Source: Verrucomicrobiia bacterium (GTDB taxonomy: Bacteria; Verrucomicrobiota; Verrucomicrobiia; Limisphaerales; SXQI01). Taken from it: a stretch of 64,000 nt of DNA. Shown here in pieces: positions 18,427 to 28,446 of this stretch (the first letter of the stretch is position 1; each line of letters starts with the position of its first letter). Where the stretch lies: positions 33,738 to 97,737 of the forward strand of contig DASVNK010000022.1 in assembly GCA_036383895.1 (NCBI GenBank), given 5' to 3'. A model generated the notes under the pieces. The model made no database searches. It was not told where the DNA came from and saw only the letters and a program-made list of their open reading frames with translations. A program made the position numbers and the translations under genes.

Positions 18427-19296
18427 ATGAAGAAGCGAGCGACTAGCGCGCCAGAAAAAACCGATTTGCCACGAAAATCGACGTTGGCAGCGCGTGGGGT
18501 CGCAGCCGGGGTGATCACAACAGGCATAAAGAAGGCTGGCTTGGAAGCAGGATTGAACGAACAGATCATCGCGCTTGAGGCGGAACTGGCGCTTTATCGC
18601 GAGGCATTACGCAATAGCCGCGAGGACATGCAGGCGTTCGCATATTCGGTTTCGCACGATTTGAAAGCGCCGCTGCGGGCGATCGAAGGATTCTCCAGGA
18701 TCCTGATGGAGGATTTTTCGGGAGAATTGAGCGAAGAAGCGCGACGATTTCTTAAGCATATCGTTTCGAACGCAGAAACTCTCAGCGGACAAATTGAAGA
18801 TTTGCTGAAGTATTATCGCGCGGGGAAGAATCCGCCGGCGCGCATACCAGTCGATTTGGATTCGGTCTGCCGCGAAATTGTTTCCACCTTGCCACCAGAC
18901 GAAGCGACGCGGGTGGAAATTATTGGAACATTGCCTACGGTGAACGGAGACCCGGTTCAATTGCGCGAGGTTCTTGCGCAATTAATTTCCAACGGGCTAA
19001 AGTTTTCGAGCAAGGCCGAGAACAAAAAAGTCGAAATTTCGGGTGCGGTGGAAAAATCAGCGACGCGTGTTTCGGTGCGCGATCATGGGATCGGCTTCGA
19101 TCCAAAACACGGCACGAAACTCTTCCAGGTTTTCCAGAAATTGCATACCGACTTTCCGGGAAATGGGATCGGATTGGCCATTGTGAAGCGGCTGGTGCAG
19201 GCGCACGGGGGATGTGTGCAGGCGGACGCGGCGCCCGATAAAGGAGCGACCTTCGCGGTAATTCTGCCGAATCAACAGCTTGCGGCAGCGCAGTAA
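18427..19296 (+). CDS. Soluble sensor histidine kinase (HisKA + HATPase_c)
   Basis: H-box FAYSVSHDLKAPLRAIEGF, N-box QLISNGLKFS, G-boxes RDHGIGF and GNGIGLAIVKRL. Coiled-coil N-terminus, no TM segment. Confidence 0.8.
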   Translation: MKKRATSAPEKTDLPRKSTLAARGVAAGVITTGIKKAGLEAGLNEQIIALEAELALYREALRNSREDMQAFAYSVSHDLKAPLRAIEGFSRILMEDFSGELSEEARRFLKHIVSNAETLSGQIEDLLKYYRAGKNPPARIPVDLDSVCREIVSTLPPDEATRVEIIGTLPTVNGDPVQLREVLAQLISNGLKFSSKAENKKVEISGAVEKSATRVSVRDHGIGFDPKHGTKLFQVFQKLHTDFPGNGIGLAIVKRLVQAHGGCVQADAAPDKGATFAVILPNQQLAAAQ

Positions 19297-19385
19297 TCGA
19301 CGCGCCGCCCGTTTGAGGAGCTTATATTTAGCAAGATTTCACGTGACTTGAAGAAAGCCGTACGTATATTTGCGCGTCTTTCGAC

Positions 19386-19460
19386 GACCCTATGGTCTAG
19401 CGGTTAGGACACCACCCTTTCACGGTGGGAGCCCGGGTTCGATTCCCGGTAGGGTCGCCA
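19386..19460 (+). tRNA. tRNA-Glu (anticodon UUC)
   Basis: 75 nt. Acceptor GACCCTA/TAGGGTC, anticodon stem CCACC/GGTGG with loop CTTTCAC, T-arm CCGGG-TTCGATT-CCCGG, encoded CCA. Confidence 0.9.
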
Positions 19461-20046
19461 AACTTCAGATTCTTCTGTTTGCGTTCGTTTCGAGGCGGAA
19501 AGTTGCAGCTGATGGGTATGTGTATCCAAAGCGGAGGCTGCGGTCTCCCCCTCCCTTGCTCCAAGCAGATATTTTCTGTTAACGGCAGGCTGGTTCGCAA
19601 TCGGAATCAGCTCGACGATAAGAGCATCGCGCCCCGAGTCGCGAGCTTAGGCTAATCGGGGCGCCGCCCGATGTTAGGCGGCAAACTGTTTGTCTACGTT
19701 GGTCGCCTTACCATGAAAGAACCAGGCTGTTGCCCGAGATGCCGAAACAAGCTGAACGCCCAGCCCAATTGTAACGGATGCAATTTCCGCGAACGCAAAC
19801 CAGCCGCAGCGGCCCTGCGCGGGAGCCCACCCTTGAAGTAAAAGCCGTGCCTTCCAAGGTAACTATCCAAGTGAAGCTCGCGCGCGATGCGCAGGCAAAC
19901 ATCGTTGACGAGCGATTGCGGCGGAGAATCAAAGCCGTCGCGCGGCGAGCGGCGAAAGATCTGCCTAGCCGATTGGCGGCGTCGTTGAACGCGGCCCTTC
20001 AGAAGTGAAACCGGCTAAATCGGAAACTTTCTTGAGGAGTTTTCAT

Positions 20047-20120
20047 TGGAGCGGGTGATGGGAATCGAACCCACGTGGCCAGCTTGGAAGGCTGGAACTT
20101 TACCATTAAGCTACACCCGC
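20047..20120 (-). tRNA. tRNA-Gly (anticodon UCC)
   Basis: 74 nt on minus strand: GCGGGTGTAGCTTAATGGTAAAGTTCCAGCCTTCCAAGCTGGCCACGTGGGTTCGATTCCCATCACCCGCTCCA. Anticodon loop CTTCCAA. Confidence 0.9.
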
Positions 20121-20199
20121 CCAAGGGTGAAGTGCCCGAACTATACGGGGCCAAGAACTGCTGTCAATGCAGCAGCATAGCGCGAAGATAGCGCGAAAC

Positions 20200-21348
20200 T
20201 CAGAGCGCGAGAATGGCGCGCGCGGCGCGGTGGGAGGCGCCGGGTTCGCCGAGGGTGGTGATGACGCGTTGGAGGTGGGATTTAACGGTGGCGCGGCGGT
20301 CGGCGTTGTTGAGGAGGTCTTTGGCGGATTGATAGATATTTTCGGGGTTGGCTTCGGATTGAATGTATTCGGGATAGATTTGCTGGTCGGCAAGGAGGTT
20401 GGGCATGGCGAGGTATTTGACGCGGATGAAGCGTCGGCCCAGGAAGTAGGTGCTCCAGGAGGTGCGATAGATCACGACGGTGGGCACATTGAAATAGGCG
20501 CACTCCATGGTGACGGTGCCGGACGCGGCGATGGCTGCGGTGGCGGACGCTAGTGCGCTGGCGAGATCGCCCGTTTGAACAGCGACGCCCCATAGATCGG
20601 CAACGGAACGGGCGAGGTTCTGCATGGCCGGCGAGGGTAGGACCAGGCGGAGGCGAATTTTTTGCTCGGCGGCGATACGGCGAGCGGCTTCGAGCATGAC
20701 GGGTAGATGCTTTCGAATTTCGCGCACGCGGCTGCCAGGAAGGAGAACGAGCGTTGGTTCGCGCTGGAGATTGGCGAGGCGTTCTTTATCGGCAGCGTAA
20801 CGATCGATGAGCGGGTGGCCGACGAATTCAATTTTGAAATTCGGTTTGCGTTGCTGATACCAGCCTTTTTCAAAGGGAAAAATGGCTAGCATGAGGTCGA
20901 TGTCGCGGGCGATCTGGTGGATGCGCGATTCGTGCCAGGCCCAGATTTGGGGCGAGACGTAGAAGATGATTTTCGGCGACCAATTCCCGCCTTTCGAAGA
21001 GAGGGAGCGGACTTTTTGCTTGAGTGCTTTCGCGAAGCGGAGATTGAAACCCGGATAATCGATGAGGATGACATAGTCCGGCTTTTTTTCGAACGCGAGC
21101 GCGAGGAGTTGGTTGAAGAAGCTTTTGAATTTGCCGTAGTTCTTAAGGACTTCGACGATGCCAACCACCGCATGAGCGGTGAGATCGAAGGCGAGCTTCG
21201 CGCCAGCAGCGGCGAGTTTGGGTCCGCCAGCGCCGAAGAACTGGAATTTTTCACAACCCGGTTCTGCGCGCACCGCTTTAACTAATTCAGCGGCGAGCGT
21301 GTCCCCGCTCGCTTCGCCAGCGATGAGCATGAAAGATTTCGGCGGCAT
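20200..21348 (-). CDS. lpxB: Lipid-A-disaccharide synthase
   Basis: N-terminal ..FMLIAGEASGDTLAAELV.. and overall LpxB (GT19) layout. The start overlaps the upstream stop by 1 nt (TGATG). Confidence 0.85.
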   Translation of the reverse strand: MPPKSFMLIAGEASGDTLAAELVKAVRAEPGCEKFQFFGAGGPKLAAAGAKLAFDLTAHAVVGIVEVLKNYGKFKSFFNQLLALAFEKKPDYVILIDYPGFNLRFAKALKQKVRSLSSKGGNWSPKIIFYVSPQIWAWHESRIHQIARDIDLMLAIFPFEKGWYQQRKPNFKIEFVGHPLIDRYAADKERLANLQREPTLVLLPGSRVREIRKHLPVMLEAARRIAAEQKIRLRLVLPSPAMQNLARSVADLWGVAVQTGDLASALASATAAIAASGTVTMECAYFNVPTVVIYRTSWSTYFLGRRFIRVKYLAMPNLLADQQIYPEYIQSEANPENIYQSAKDLLNNADRRATVKSHLQRVITTLGEPGASHRAARAILAL

Positions 21349-22388
21349 CAGAGCGGAGGCAAGTTGGACGAAGCTGTTTGAATCTGCCGCGTGATTTCTA
21401 CGGCGAGGTCGAGGGCGCGTTTGGCGCTTTCGCCGCTGACGATGGGCGTGGATTGTTCGCGGGCGCAGCGGATGAAGGATTGGAGTTCGAGCTTGAGCGG
21501 TTCGTCTTTTTCGATGGGGACGGGTTCGCGCACGATTTTTTTACCGCCGAATTCGCTGACGATCGCGGAATTGCTGGCGGCGAGAAGTTTTTTGAGGAGG
21601 GAGGATTCCTCTTCGCCTTCCCGGGCGATGCGATAAATGAAACCTTCCTGCGCGCGGTAATCGAGGGAGACGTAGCTGGTGTTCGCCCCGCCGCTGAACA
21701 CGCGGATTTTACGCATGCGCTCGGCGCTAACGCGGCTGGCGGTGAGATTCGCGACGCAGCCGTTGGCGAAACGAAGGCGGGCGTTGGCGATGTCTTCGCT
21801 GGCGCTAAGGACGGGAATGCCAACGGCATCAACGCTGACAACCGGGGACTTAACGAAAGCGAGGACGACGTCGAGATCGTGGATCATGAGATCCAAGACG
21901 ACGCCGATGTCGGTGCTGCGCGCCGGATACGGCGAAAGACGGTGGGCTTCGATGAAGCGGGGTTCGGTGGCGACGCTTTCCATGTAACGGAAGGTGGGAT
22001 TGAAACGTTCGACGTGGCCGACCTGGAGGATGAGACGATGGCGCTGCGCGAGATCGACGAGTTCGGCGGCCTGTGCCGAGGTTTCGGTCATGGGCTTCTC
22101 GATGAGAAGATGTTTCCCGGCGGAGAGAAGTTGGCGGGCGATCTCGAAATGGGTGTTCGTGGGTGTGACGATGCTGAGGGCATCGGCGTTTTGAGCGAGG
22201 GCATCGATGCTCGGCGCGACTTGCGCGCGGCACTTGGCGGCGACTTTCTCGGCGGCGGCGGTGTTGGCGTCGTAGACGCCAGTGAGTTGAAGCAATTCGG
22301 AACGGGCGGCGAGCTCCGCGTAGATGCGGGCGTGCTCTTTGCCGAGGGATCCGGTCCCGACGACCGCTACTCTGAGAGGTTTCGACAC
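21348..22388 (-). CDS. Gfo/Idh/MocA-family NAD(P)-dependent oxidoreductase
   Basis: Rossmann start LRVAVVGTGSLGKEHARIY, ..LLIEKPM.. motif. Co-oriented and coupled with lpxB. Confidence 0.8.
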   Translation of the reverse strand: MSKPLRVAVVGTGSLGKEHARIYAELAARSELLQLTGVYDANTAAAEKVAAKCRAQVAPSIDALAQNADALSIVTPTNTHFEIARQLLSAGKHLLIEKPMTETSAQAAELVDLAQRHRLILQVGHVERFNPTFRYMESVATEPRFIEAHRLSPYPARSTDIGVVLDLMIHDLDVVLAFVKSPVVSVDAVGIPVLSASEDIANARLRFANGCVANLTASRVSAERMRKIRVFSGGANTSYVSLDYRAQEGFIYRIAREGEEESSLLKKLLAASNSAIVSEFGGKKIVREPVPIEKDEPLKLELQSFIRCAREQSTPIVSGESAKRALDLAVEITRQIQTASSNLPPL

Positions 22389-22410
22389 TTGGCGAGCTTA
22401 ACGGCTAAGC

Positions 22411-23571
22411 CTAGCGTTTCAAAATCTGTTTAAGGGCGGTCAGGCAGCGCTGGACGTTTTCGGCGGAGCTGGTTTCGCCCATGAGGCCGATGCGCCAGAT
22501 CTTGCCTTTCATGGGGCCGAGGCCAGCGCCGACTTCGATGCCGTGATCATTGAGGAGGGATTTGCGGACACCGGCTTCATCCACGCCTTCGGGGACGGTG
22601 ACTGCGTTCAGTTGCCAGAGTTGATGGCCGGGTTGAGAACCGATGGAGAGGCCGAGGTCTCTTAAACCTTTCACGAGCAGTTCGTGATTTTCTTTGTGGC
22701 GGCGCCAGCGATTTTCGAGACCTTCGACGAGGACGAGGCGGAGTGCTTCGTGAATTGCGTAGTTCATCGTGATGGGCGCGGTGTGGTGATAGACGCGTTC
22801 CTGCCCCCAGTAGCTCGCAAGAAGATTCACGTCGAGATACCAGCTCTGGACTTTCTTGCTGCGCTTGGTAGCGATTTCCAGCGCGCGGGGGCTTAGCGAG
22901 ACGGGCGCAAGGCCGGGAGGCGCGCTCAGGCATTTTTGCGTGCCGCTGTAAACTGCGTCGACTTCCCAATCGTCGATGCGGACGGGACATCCGCCGAGAG
23001 ACGTGACGGTGTCGAGCAGGAAGAGCGCGCCGGCGGCGTGAGCGAGTTTGGAAATCTCTTCCACCGGAGTTAACGCGCCCGTTGAAGTCTCGGCATGGAC
23101 GATGGCGACGAGTTTTGGGCGCTTGCCTTTCAAAGCGGCGGCGATTTGTTGGGCTTCAATGATGCGGCCCCAAGGCGCATCCACCTTTGTGACTTTTGCG
23201 CCGCAACGTTCGGCGACATCAACCATGCGCGTGCCGAAGACGCCGTTGACGCCGATTACCACTTCGTCGCCGGGTTCGATGAGGTTCACGAAGCAGAATT
23301 CCATTCCGGCGCTGCCGGTGCCGCTGACGGGGAACGTCATTTCGTTCTTAGTGAGGAAAACGGCGCGGAGCATCGCCTTAATTTCGTCCATCATCTTGAC
23401 GAAGACGGGATCGAGATGACCGAGCAACGGCATGGACATGGCCTGAAGGACGGACGGGGCGACGTTACTGGGTCCCGGTCCCATCAGGAGCCGGGCGGGC
23501 GGACGAAATTGCGCGGGCGCTTGCATCGGGGTGAACGATAAGAACGAGGAGCGGTGGGTGGCAATGCTCAA
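22411..23571 (-). CDS. Class V aminotransferase (serine-pyruvate / alanine-glyoxylate type)
   Basis: ..[11 protein letters not shown].., ..HAETSTG.., ..[15 protein letters not shown].. (PLP lysine). Alternative start is MQAPAQF at 23526. Confidence 0.85.
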   Translation of the reverse strand: MSIATHRSSFLSFTPMQAPAQFRPPARLLMGPGPSNVAPSVLQAMSMPLLGHLDPVFVKMMDEIKAMLRAVFLTKNEMTFPVSGTGSAGMEFCFVNLIEPGDEVVIGVNGVFGTRMVDVAERCGAKVTKVDAPWGRIIEAQQIAAALKGKRPKLVAIVHAETSTGALTPVEEISKLAHAAGALFLLDTVTSLGGCPVRIDDWEVDAVYSGTQKCLSAPPGLAPVSLSPRALEIATKRSKKVQSWYLDVNLLASYWGQERVYHHTAPITMNYAIHEALRLVLVEGLENRWRRHKENHELLVKGLRDLGLSIGSQPGHQLWQLNAVTVPEGVDEAGVRKSLLNDHGIEVGAGLGPMKGKIWRIGLMGETSSAENVQRCLTALKQILKR

Positions 23572-23651
23572 AAACAGCTGCCTACGCCGTTCTGGGGCAA
23601 AGGTTTCATTAAACTCAGCACTCCTCTATGGCGATGATGAATTGAGGATTC

Positions 23652-24629
23652 TTGATCGCGCAGATGACAGTTGAGGCCCCGCGGACCGCGGGTGAGCCAA
23701 GGGATCGATCGCGTTTACGCATCGGTTTGCGCGGATACGTGCTCGCCGCAGGCGCGATGGGGATGGCGTTGTTGCTTCGGCTTGCTTTCGACCCGCTTTG
23801 GGACGATCGCCTGGCGTATGCATGGTTTTTCCTCGGAGTCGTCGCGGTGGCGCGCTTCGCGGGAACTGGACCACAGCTTGCCGCGATCGCCGGCGGCTTT
23901 TTGCTGGCGAACTGGTTCTTCGTTCAGCCCCGCGGAACACTGCTGATTGGCTCGCGGCTCGATCAGGTCAATACACTGATTTATTTCGCGGTTTGCGGTC
24001 TGATCGTATTCTCATCGTCGCGGGCGCGCTGGCACGTGAAGCGGGAGTTGGCCGCGCGGGACCGAATTGCCGGCCTTTTGGAATGTACCACCGACGCGGT
24101 CTGCACGGTGGACGCGAATTGGGAGGTAACTTTTTTCAATGGCCGAGCTACTGAGGTGACGGGGTTGACGCGCGAGCGGGTGCTCGGGCGCGAGTTGTGG
24201 AACATCTGGCCGGAAGCCAAAGGAACAGAAATCGAGGCGGAGTATCGGCGAGCCTTGCGTGTGAATACCACCGTTCATCTCGAGAATTATTTTCCTCAGA
24301 ACGATAGATGGATTGAAATACACGCGTGCCCTTATGGAGATGGCCTGGCGGTCTTCTTCCGCGACGTCAGCGAGAAAAAACGAGCCGATTTATTGCGCGC
24401 CCAGCAGGAACTGGAGAAGGAAAAGCTCATCGCGGAGTTGAAGGCCGCCCTCGCAGAAGTGAAGACTTTGAGCGGGCTGCTGCCGATTTGCGCGCAGTGC
24501 AAAAAGGTGCGCGACGACAAAGGTTATTGGAACCAAATCGAGATTTTCATATCCGCACGTTCGCACGCAAAATTCAGCCACGGGGTCTGCCCGGATTGCA
24601 TGGTGCGGCTGTATCCGGATCTGCAATAG
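23652..24629 (+). CDS. Membrane sensor: DUF4118-like TM domain + PAS + C-terminal CxxC...CxxC module
   Basis: Hydrophobic N-terminal region as in the KdpD DUF4118. PAS (..LLECTTDAVCTVDANWEVTFFNGRATEVTGL..). Coiled coil. Then LLPICAQCKKVRDDKGYWNQIEIFISARSHAKFSHGVCPDCMVRLYP. The first ATG is at 23664. Confidence 0.7.
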   Translation: MIAQMTVEAPRTAGEPRDRSRLRIGLRGYVLAAGAMGMALLLRLAFDPLWDDRLAYAWFFLGVVAVARFAGTGPQLAAIAGGFLLANWFFVQPRGTLLIGSRLDQVNTLIYFAVCGLIVFSSSRARWHVKRELAARDRIAGLLECTTDAVCTVDANWEVTFFNGRATEVTGLTRERVLGRELWNIWPEAKGTEIEAEYRRALRVNTTVHLENYFPQNDRWIEIHACPYGDGLAVFFRDVSEKKRADLLRAQQELEKEKLIAELKAALAEVKTLSGLLPICAQCKKVRDDKGYWNQIEIFISARSHAKFSHGVCPDCMVRLYPDLQ

Positions 24630-24771
24630 AAGGGCCTCCTCTTCTTTTCTTCTTTGCGCGAAAACGTCGTTCCGTCTTGCCTTGGATTCCATCCGAGGCC
24701 AACCTGTTGCCTCAGCCACGGAGACCGCATACAACAAACTGAAGTGGCTCAGCTTTGCAAAGGAGAGACAG

Positions 24772-26124
24772 ATGAATCGACGAACATTCCTGAAGACCAG
24801 CATCACCAGCAGCGCAGCGATTGTGGCGGCGCGGCCTCAATTGTTTGCGGCGGATGAAAACAAGCCATTGCGCGTGGCGTTGATCGGTTCGGGTTGGTAC
24901 GGAAAGACCGATCTATTCCATTTAATCCAGGTGGCACCCGTTGAAGTGGTGGGTTTGTGCGACGTGGACAAGAAGATGGTCGAAGCCGCTGCGGAGTTGG
25001 TCTCCCAGCGGCAAGCGTCGAAGAAAAAGCCACCGGTGTTCGGCGACTACAGGAAATTACTTTCAGAAGTTAAGCCAGAGGTGGTGCTGGTTGGCACGCC
25101 GGATCACTGGCATTGCCTGCCGACGATCGACGCGGTCAAAGCTGGAGCGGACGTTTATGTGCAAAAGCCGATCAGCTACGATGTGGTGGAAGGTGAAGCG
25201 ATGGTCGCCGCTGCACGCAAATACAAACGCACGGTGCAGGTTGGCCTCGAACGTCGAAACACACCGCACATTCTCGAAGCGCGTGATAAATACATCAAGA
25301 GCGGCGCACTGGGGAAAATCGCTTATGTCGATATTCACAGCTATTACGGCGGCGGGCGTGGTTTTGGCGCGAAGAGTTCGCCACCGCCGCACCTCGATTG
25401 GGAAATGTATGTCGGGCCGGCCAAGTGGCGCGACTACGCCGAAGGGATTCACCCGCGACGTTGGCGCGACTGCCGCGAGTTCAGCAACGGCCAGACCGGG
25501 GATCTTTGCGTGCACTTGCTTGATGTGACGCGCATGGTCATGGACTTAAAGTGGCCGAAGAGCATCGCTTCGAGCGGCGGGATTCTAATGCGCAAGCCGG
25601 ATATCGGCGTGAATGTCCACGACACACAGACCGCGATCTTTGATTACGGAGATGTCCAACTCGTCTGGAACCAACGCAATTGGGGCGAAAATCCCGAACC
25701 GGATTTTCCATGGGCGGTTACCTATTACGGTGACAAAGGCACTCTTAAGTTGAGCGTCTGGCAATACGAATACATTCCGAAAGGTGGCGGAGCGCCAGTG
25801 CGCGTGAAAGCGCTCGAGGAACGCGAAAAATATCCTGAAGATCTTCAGCACAAGGAGACCGAAATCTTTGCCGCACCGGCAAACCGCCGTATGATGCTCG
25901 ATTTCGTCGAAGCACGCCGGACCGGAAAACGTCCGGTCGCGGACATTGAGGAAGGTCATATTTCCACCGCGTGCTGCATTATGGCGAATCTCTCGATGGA
26001 GATGGGCCGCAGCTTCAAGCTTGATCCTGCGACTGGCAGAGTTGTGGGAGATGAGGAAGCGAACCGACGTATGTTGGTTCCTTATCGCAGCCCGTGGCAA
26101 CACCCCACCGCGGAGAACGTTTAG
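24772..26124 (+). CDS. Tat-exported Gfo/Idh/MocA-family oxidoreductase
   Basis: Twin-arginine signal MNRRTFLKTSITSSAAIVAA, Rossmann LRVALIGSGWYGK, ..VYVQKPI.. motif. The track ORF start (24682) is a 30-codon upstream extension. Confidence 0.8.
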   Translation: MNRRTFLKTSITSSAAIVAARPQLFAADENKPLRVALIGSGWYGKTDLFHLIQVAPVEVVGLCDVDKKMVEAAAELVSQRQASKKKPPVFGDYRKLLSEVKPEVVLVGTPDHWHCLPTIDAVKAGADVYVQKPISYDVVEGEAMVAAARKYKRTVQVGLERRNTPHILEARDKYIKSGALGKIAYVDIHSYYGGGRGFGAKSSPPPHLDWEMYVGPAKWRDYAEGIHPRRWRDCREFSNGQTGDLCVHLLDVTRMVMDLKWPKSIASSGGILMRKPDIGVNVHDTQTAIFDYGDVQLVWNQRNWGENPEPDFPWAVTYYGDKGTLKLSVWQYEYIPKGGGAPVRVKALEEREKYPEDLQHKETEIFAAPANRRMMLDFVEARRTGKRPVADIEEGHISTACCIMANLSMEMGRSFKLDPATGRVVGDEEANRRMLVPYRSPWQHPTAENV

Positions 26125-26151
26125 GAGCCGCGGTGGCCTGCCCGCAAGAGA

Positions 26152-27420
26152 TCACGCTAAATAAGGAATCGTGAGCGGTCCCTGCGGGAGCACCGCGACG
26201 CGGGCGGTCGGACCGTAGTGGGCGAGTTTCTCGCGCACGGCGGCGGCGATGTCTTCGCAGGGTTTGAGGTGAGCTGCACGAAGGGTCTCTTCCGGGAGGC
26301 TGCTGTAGACGAGCACTTCGGCGCGGCGCTGGATGAGAGCCTGGATTTGCGCCTGCCATTGTTCCGGTCGGACGAAATCGGCCGTGGTGAGCATGGTGAG
26401 AACTTCGGCGGAACTGGAAGCTTCGCGGAGTAGTTTATCGAGCGGGCTGCCGGCAGGAACGCCCTCGCGACATTCGCAGGCGAGGATGATCGTGCCGCGT
26501 TCAGTAACGATGCGAGCGGCCGCGCTCATTCCTTTCACCCCTTGGTAAAGATTCATGTCGAGCGGGTAGCCGCTGTTCGTCGTCACGACGATTTCGAACG
26601 GAGACTTCACTTTCTGCATCGCGGATTTGCGGACGAATTCGTAGCCGGTGCGATGCGCTTCGATCAGGTCGCCGGCGAAAACACCGGTGATTGCGCGTGC
26701 TTCGTTGAGCGTGACATTCAGGAGGAAGCTGGGGCCGAGACGCAGAGCCACTTCGCGAATTTCTTCCCAGATCGGATTTCCAGTGGTGATGCCAAACGTA
26801 CTACGCGGGTCGCCAATGTTGCGGGCGTCATGGCTGGACATCACTGTCTCAAGCGCAGCGCAGCCGGGCATGATCCCTTTCGGGCCACCGCTGAAACCGG
26901 CGAAAAAATGTGGTTCAATGAAGCCGGTGATAATGCGCACGTCGGCCTCGGCGAGATGCTTATTAATGAGCGCGGGCGTGCCGTCATGCATCACGCCGAA
27001 CTGCTTCATGACAGCATGATTTTCGGGTTCATGATTCAGCACGCGATAATTGCGCACGACCTCCGGCGTGAGCATTTTTTCGAGTTCTGCTTCGGTATTC
27101 GGGCGGTGGGTGCCGAGCTGGTTTAGGAGAGTAATTTGATCGCGTCGAACGCCATTGGATTCGAGATATTCGAGCACCCAGGGAATGATGCGATCGTTGG
27201 GCGTGGCGCGCGTGATGTCGGTGAAGGCGATGCAGATTTTGGAAGCGGGCTGGATCCAATCGCGGAGCGGCTTGGCGGAGAGAGGGTTGGCGAGGGCGTT
27301 GAGGACGGCGCCTTTTTCATCCGGCACACCGAGCGCGTGGATCGGTTCAATGACGGTCGTGATGTCGTCCGGCAGGTCGACCTTGAGGTGACCTTGACCG
27401 TAAGCGAGCTTAACTTCCAT
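26152..27420 (-). CDS. LarA-like (nickel-pincer-dependent lactate racemase family, DUF2088) protein
   Basis: N-terminus MEVKLAYGQGHLKVDLPDD.., ..IAFTDITRATP.., ..QLGTHRPNT.. and size (422 aa) fit the LarA family. Confidence 0.7.
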   Translation of the reverse strand: MEVKLAYGQGHLKVDLPDDITTVIEPIHALGVPDEKGAVLNALANPLSAKPLRDWIQPASKICIAFTDITRATPNDRIIPWVLEYLESNGVRRDQITLLNQLGTHRPNTEAELEKMLTPEVVRNYRVLNHEPENHAVMKQFGVMHDGTPALINKHLAEADVRIITGFIEPHFFAGFSGGPKGIMPGCAALETVMSSHDARNIGDPRSTFGITTGNPIWEEIREVALRLGPSFLLNVTLNEARAITGVFAGDLIEAHRTGYEFVRKSAMQKVKSPFEIVVTTNSGYPLDMNLYQGVKGMSAAARIVTERGTIILACECREGVPAGSPLDKLLREASSSAEVLTMLTTADFVRPEQWQAQIQALIQRRAEVLVYSSLPEETLRAAHLKPCEDIAAAVREKLAHYGPTARVAVLPQGPLTIPYLA

Positions 27421-27476
27421 AAAGCGACCTTAAGGCAGTCGCGAATTGATTTGAAGGAGCAAGATTAAGGCCGCTC

Positions 27477-28292
27477 TTAGGGTTGGGCGATCTGCGCCGT
27501 GTTCGGGACGCGGATGGCGCGGTAGGTGCGGCCGCGGAAGAGAGGATCGGTATCGATGAAAAGGGTCGGATTGTTGGAGACGATGAGGTTCGTGAGGGTG
27601 GTCCAGACAGGCGCGGCGAGGTTGGTGGTCGCCTGAATTTCGTATCGACCGCCGATAACGCCTTCGAAGGTGATGACAGGCATGAGGCGCGCGCTGAGCA
27701 AGGTGGCCGCGACGGGGCGGAGGCTAACATCGTCGATGTAGTATTGCTTGATGGCGCCGGTGGAGGAGGGATTAAAAATCTCCAGCGTGTTGACGAAACT
27801 ATTGAGATGAAACTGAATGCGATAGTACGCACGGCCGGATACAGGAACGATGGAAACGGTTTGGCCACCGAGCCTGATGCGCAGTGGCGCGGGAACGACA
27901 CAGGCCGCGCAATCGTCAGCCTCAACCCAAAGGCCGAGTTCGTAGAAAGTGTTGGGTTGGGTGCGAACGGTGGTGCGAATGCCGCTTTGTTGGTCAAGAA
28001 CGACTGCGTAAGAACCATGCGCGCTGCCCACCTTCGTATAAAACGGACTGAATTCACCGTTGTCGTCGATGACAGTCCAGGCCTGAATGAAATTATCACC
28101 ACTGGAGAGGACGCGGGTGCTTTGCCCAGCAGGGAGGCCGGGAGACTCAAAGCTGCCGTTGATGACGGCGTTGGGCGGGAGGGTCTGAGCGCGGGGCGCG
28201 AGGGGCGCTGCGGCAGTTGCGATGGCTATGAGTAAAAGGAGCTCGGTTTTCAGCACGAGAACAGGGTGAAGCATCGAACGGCGGTTCTTCAA
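27477..28292 (-). CDS. Secreted hypothetical protein (DUF642-like N-terminal beta-sandwich)
   Basis: Signal peptide, then ..INGSFESPGLPAGQS...FIQAWTV.. as in DUF642-type domains. Confidence 0.45.
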   Translation of the reverse strand: MKNRRSMLHPVLVLKTELLLLIAIATAAAPLAPRAQTLPPNAVINGSFESPGLPAGQSTRVLSSGDNFIQAWTVIDDNGEFSPFYTKVGSAHGSYAVVLDQQSGIRTTVRTQPNTFYELGLWVEADDCAACVVPAPLRIRLGGQTVSIVPVSGRAYYRIQFHLNSFVNTLEIFNPSSTGAIKQYYIDDVSLRPVAATLLSARLMPVITFEGVIGGRYEIQATTNLAAPVWTTLTNLIVSNNPTLFIDTDPLFRGRTYRAIRVPNTAQIAQP

Positions 28293-28446
28293 TCGGGAGA
28301 GTCCCTGAGCGGGAGGAATGTAGACTCCTGATGTTCGCTCGATCCGTGCAAAAAATAAACTTCGAGTGCGCGGGCAGCGCGCCTATTCATTCACCGATGG
28401 CTCCGTTCACACCATTGTAAAGACGGCTGCTGCAGCGATCTCGTCC

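Noticed and set aside
21378-22433. 351-aa plus-strand ORF antisense to the Gfo/Idh/MocA gene
   Set aside because: It is a high-GC shadow ORF with Gly/Ala/Asp-rich, repetitive composition and no motifs. The opposite strand encodes a clear Rossmann-fold oxidoreductase.
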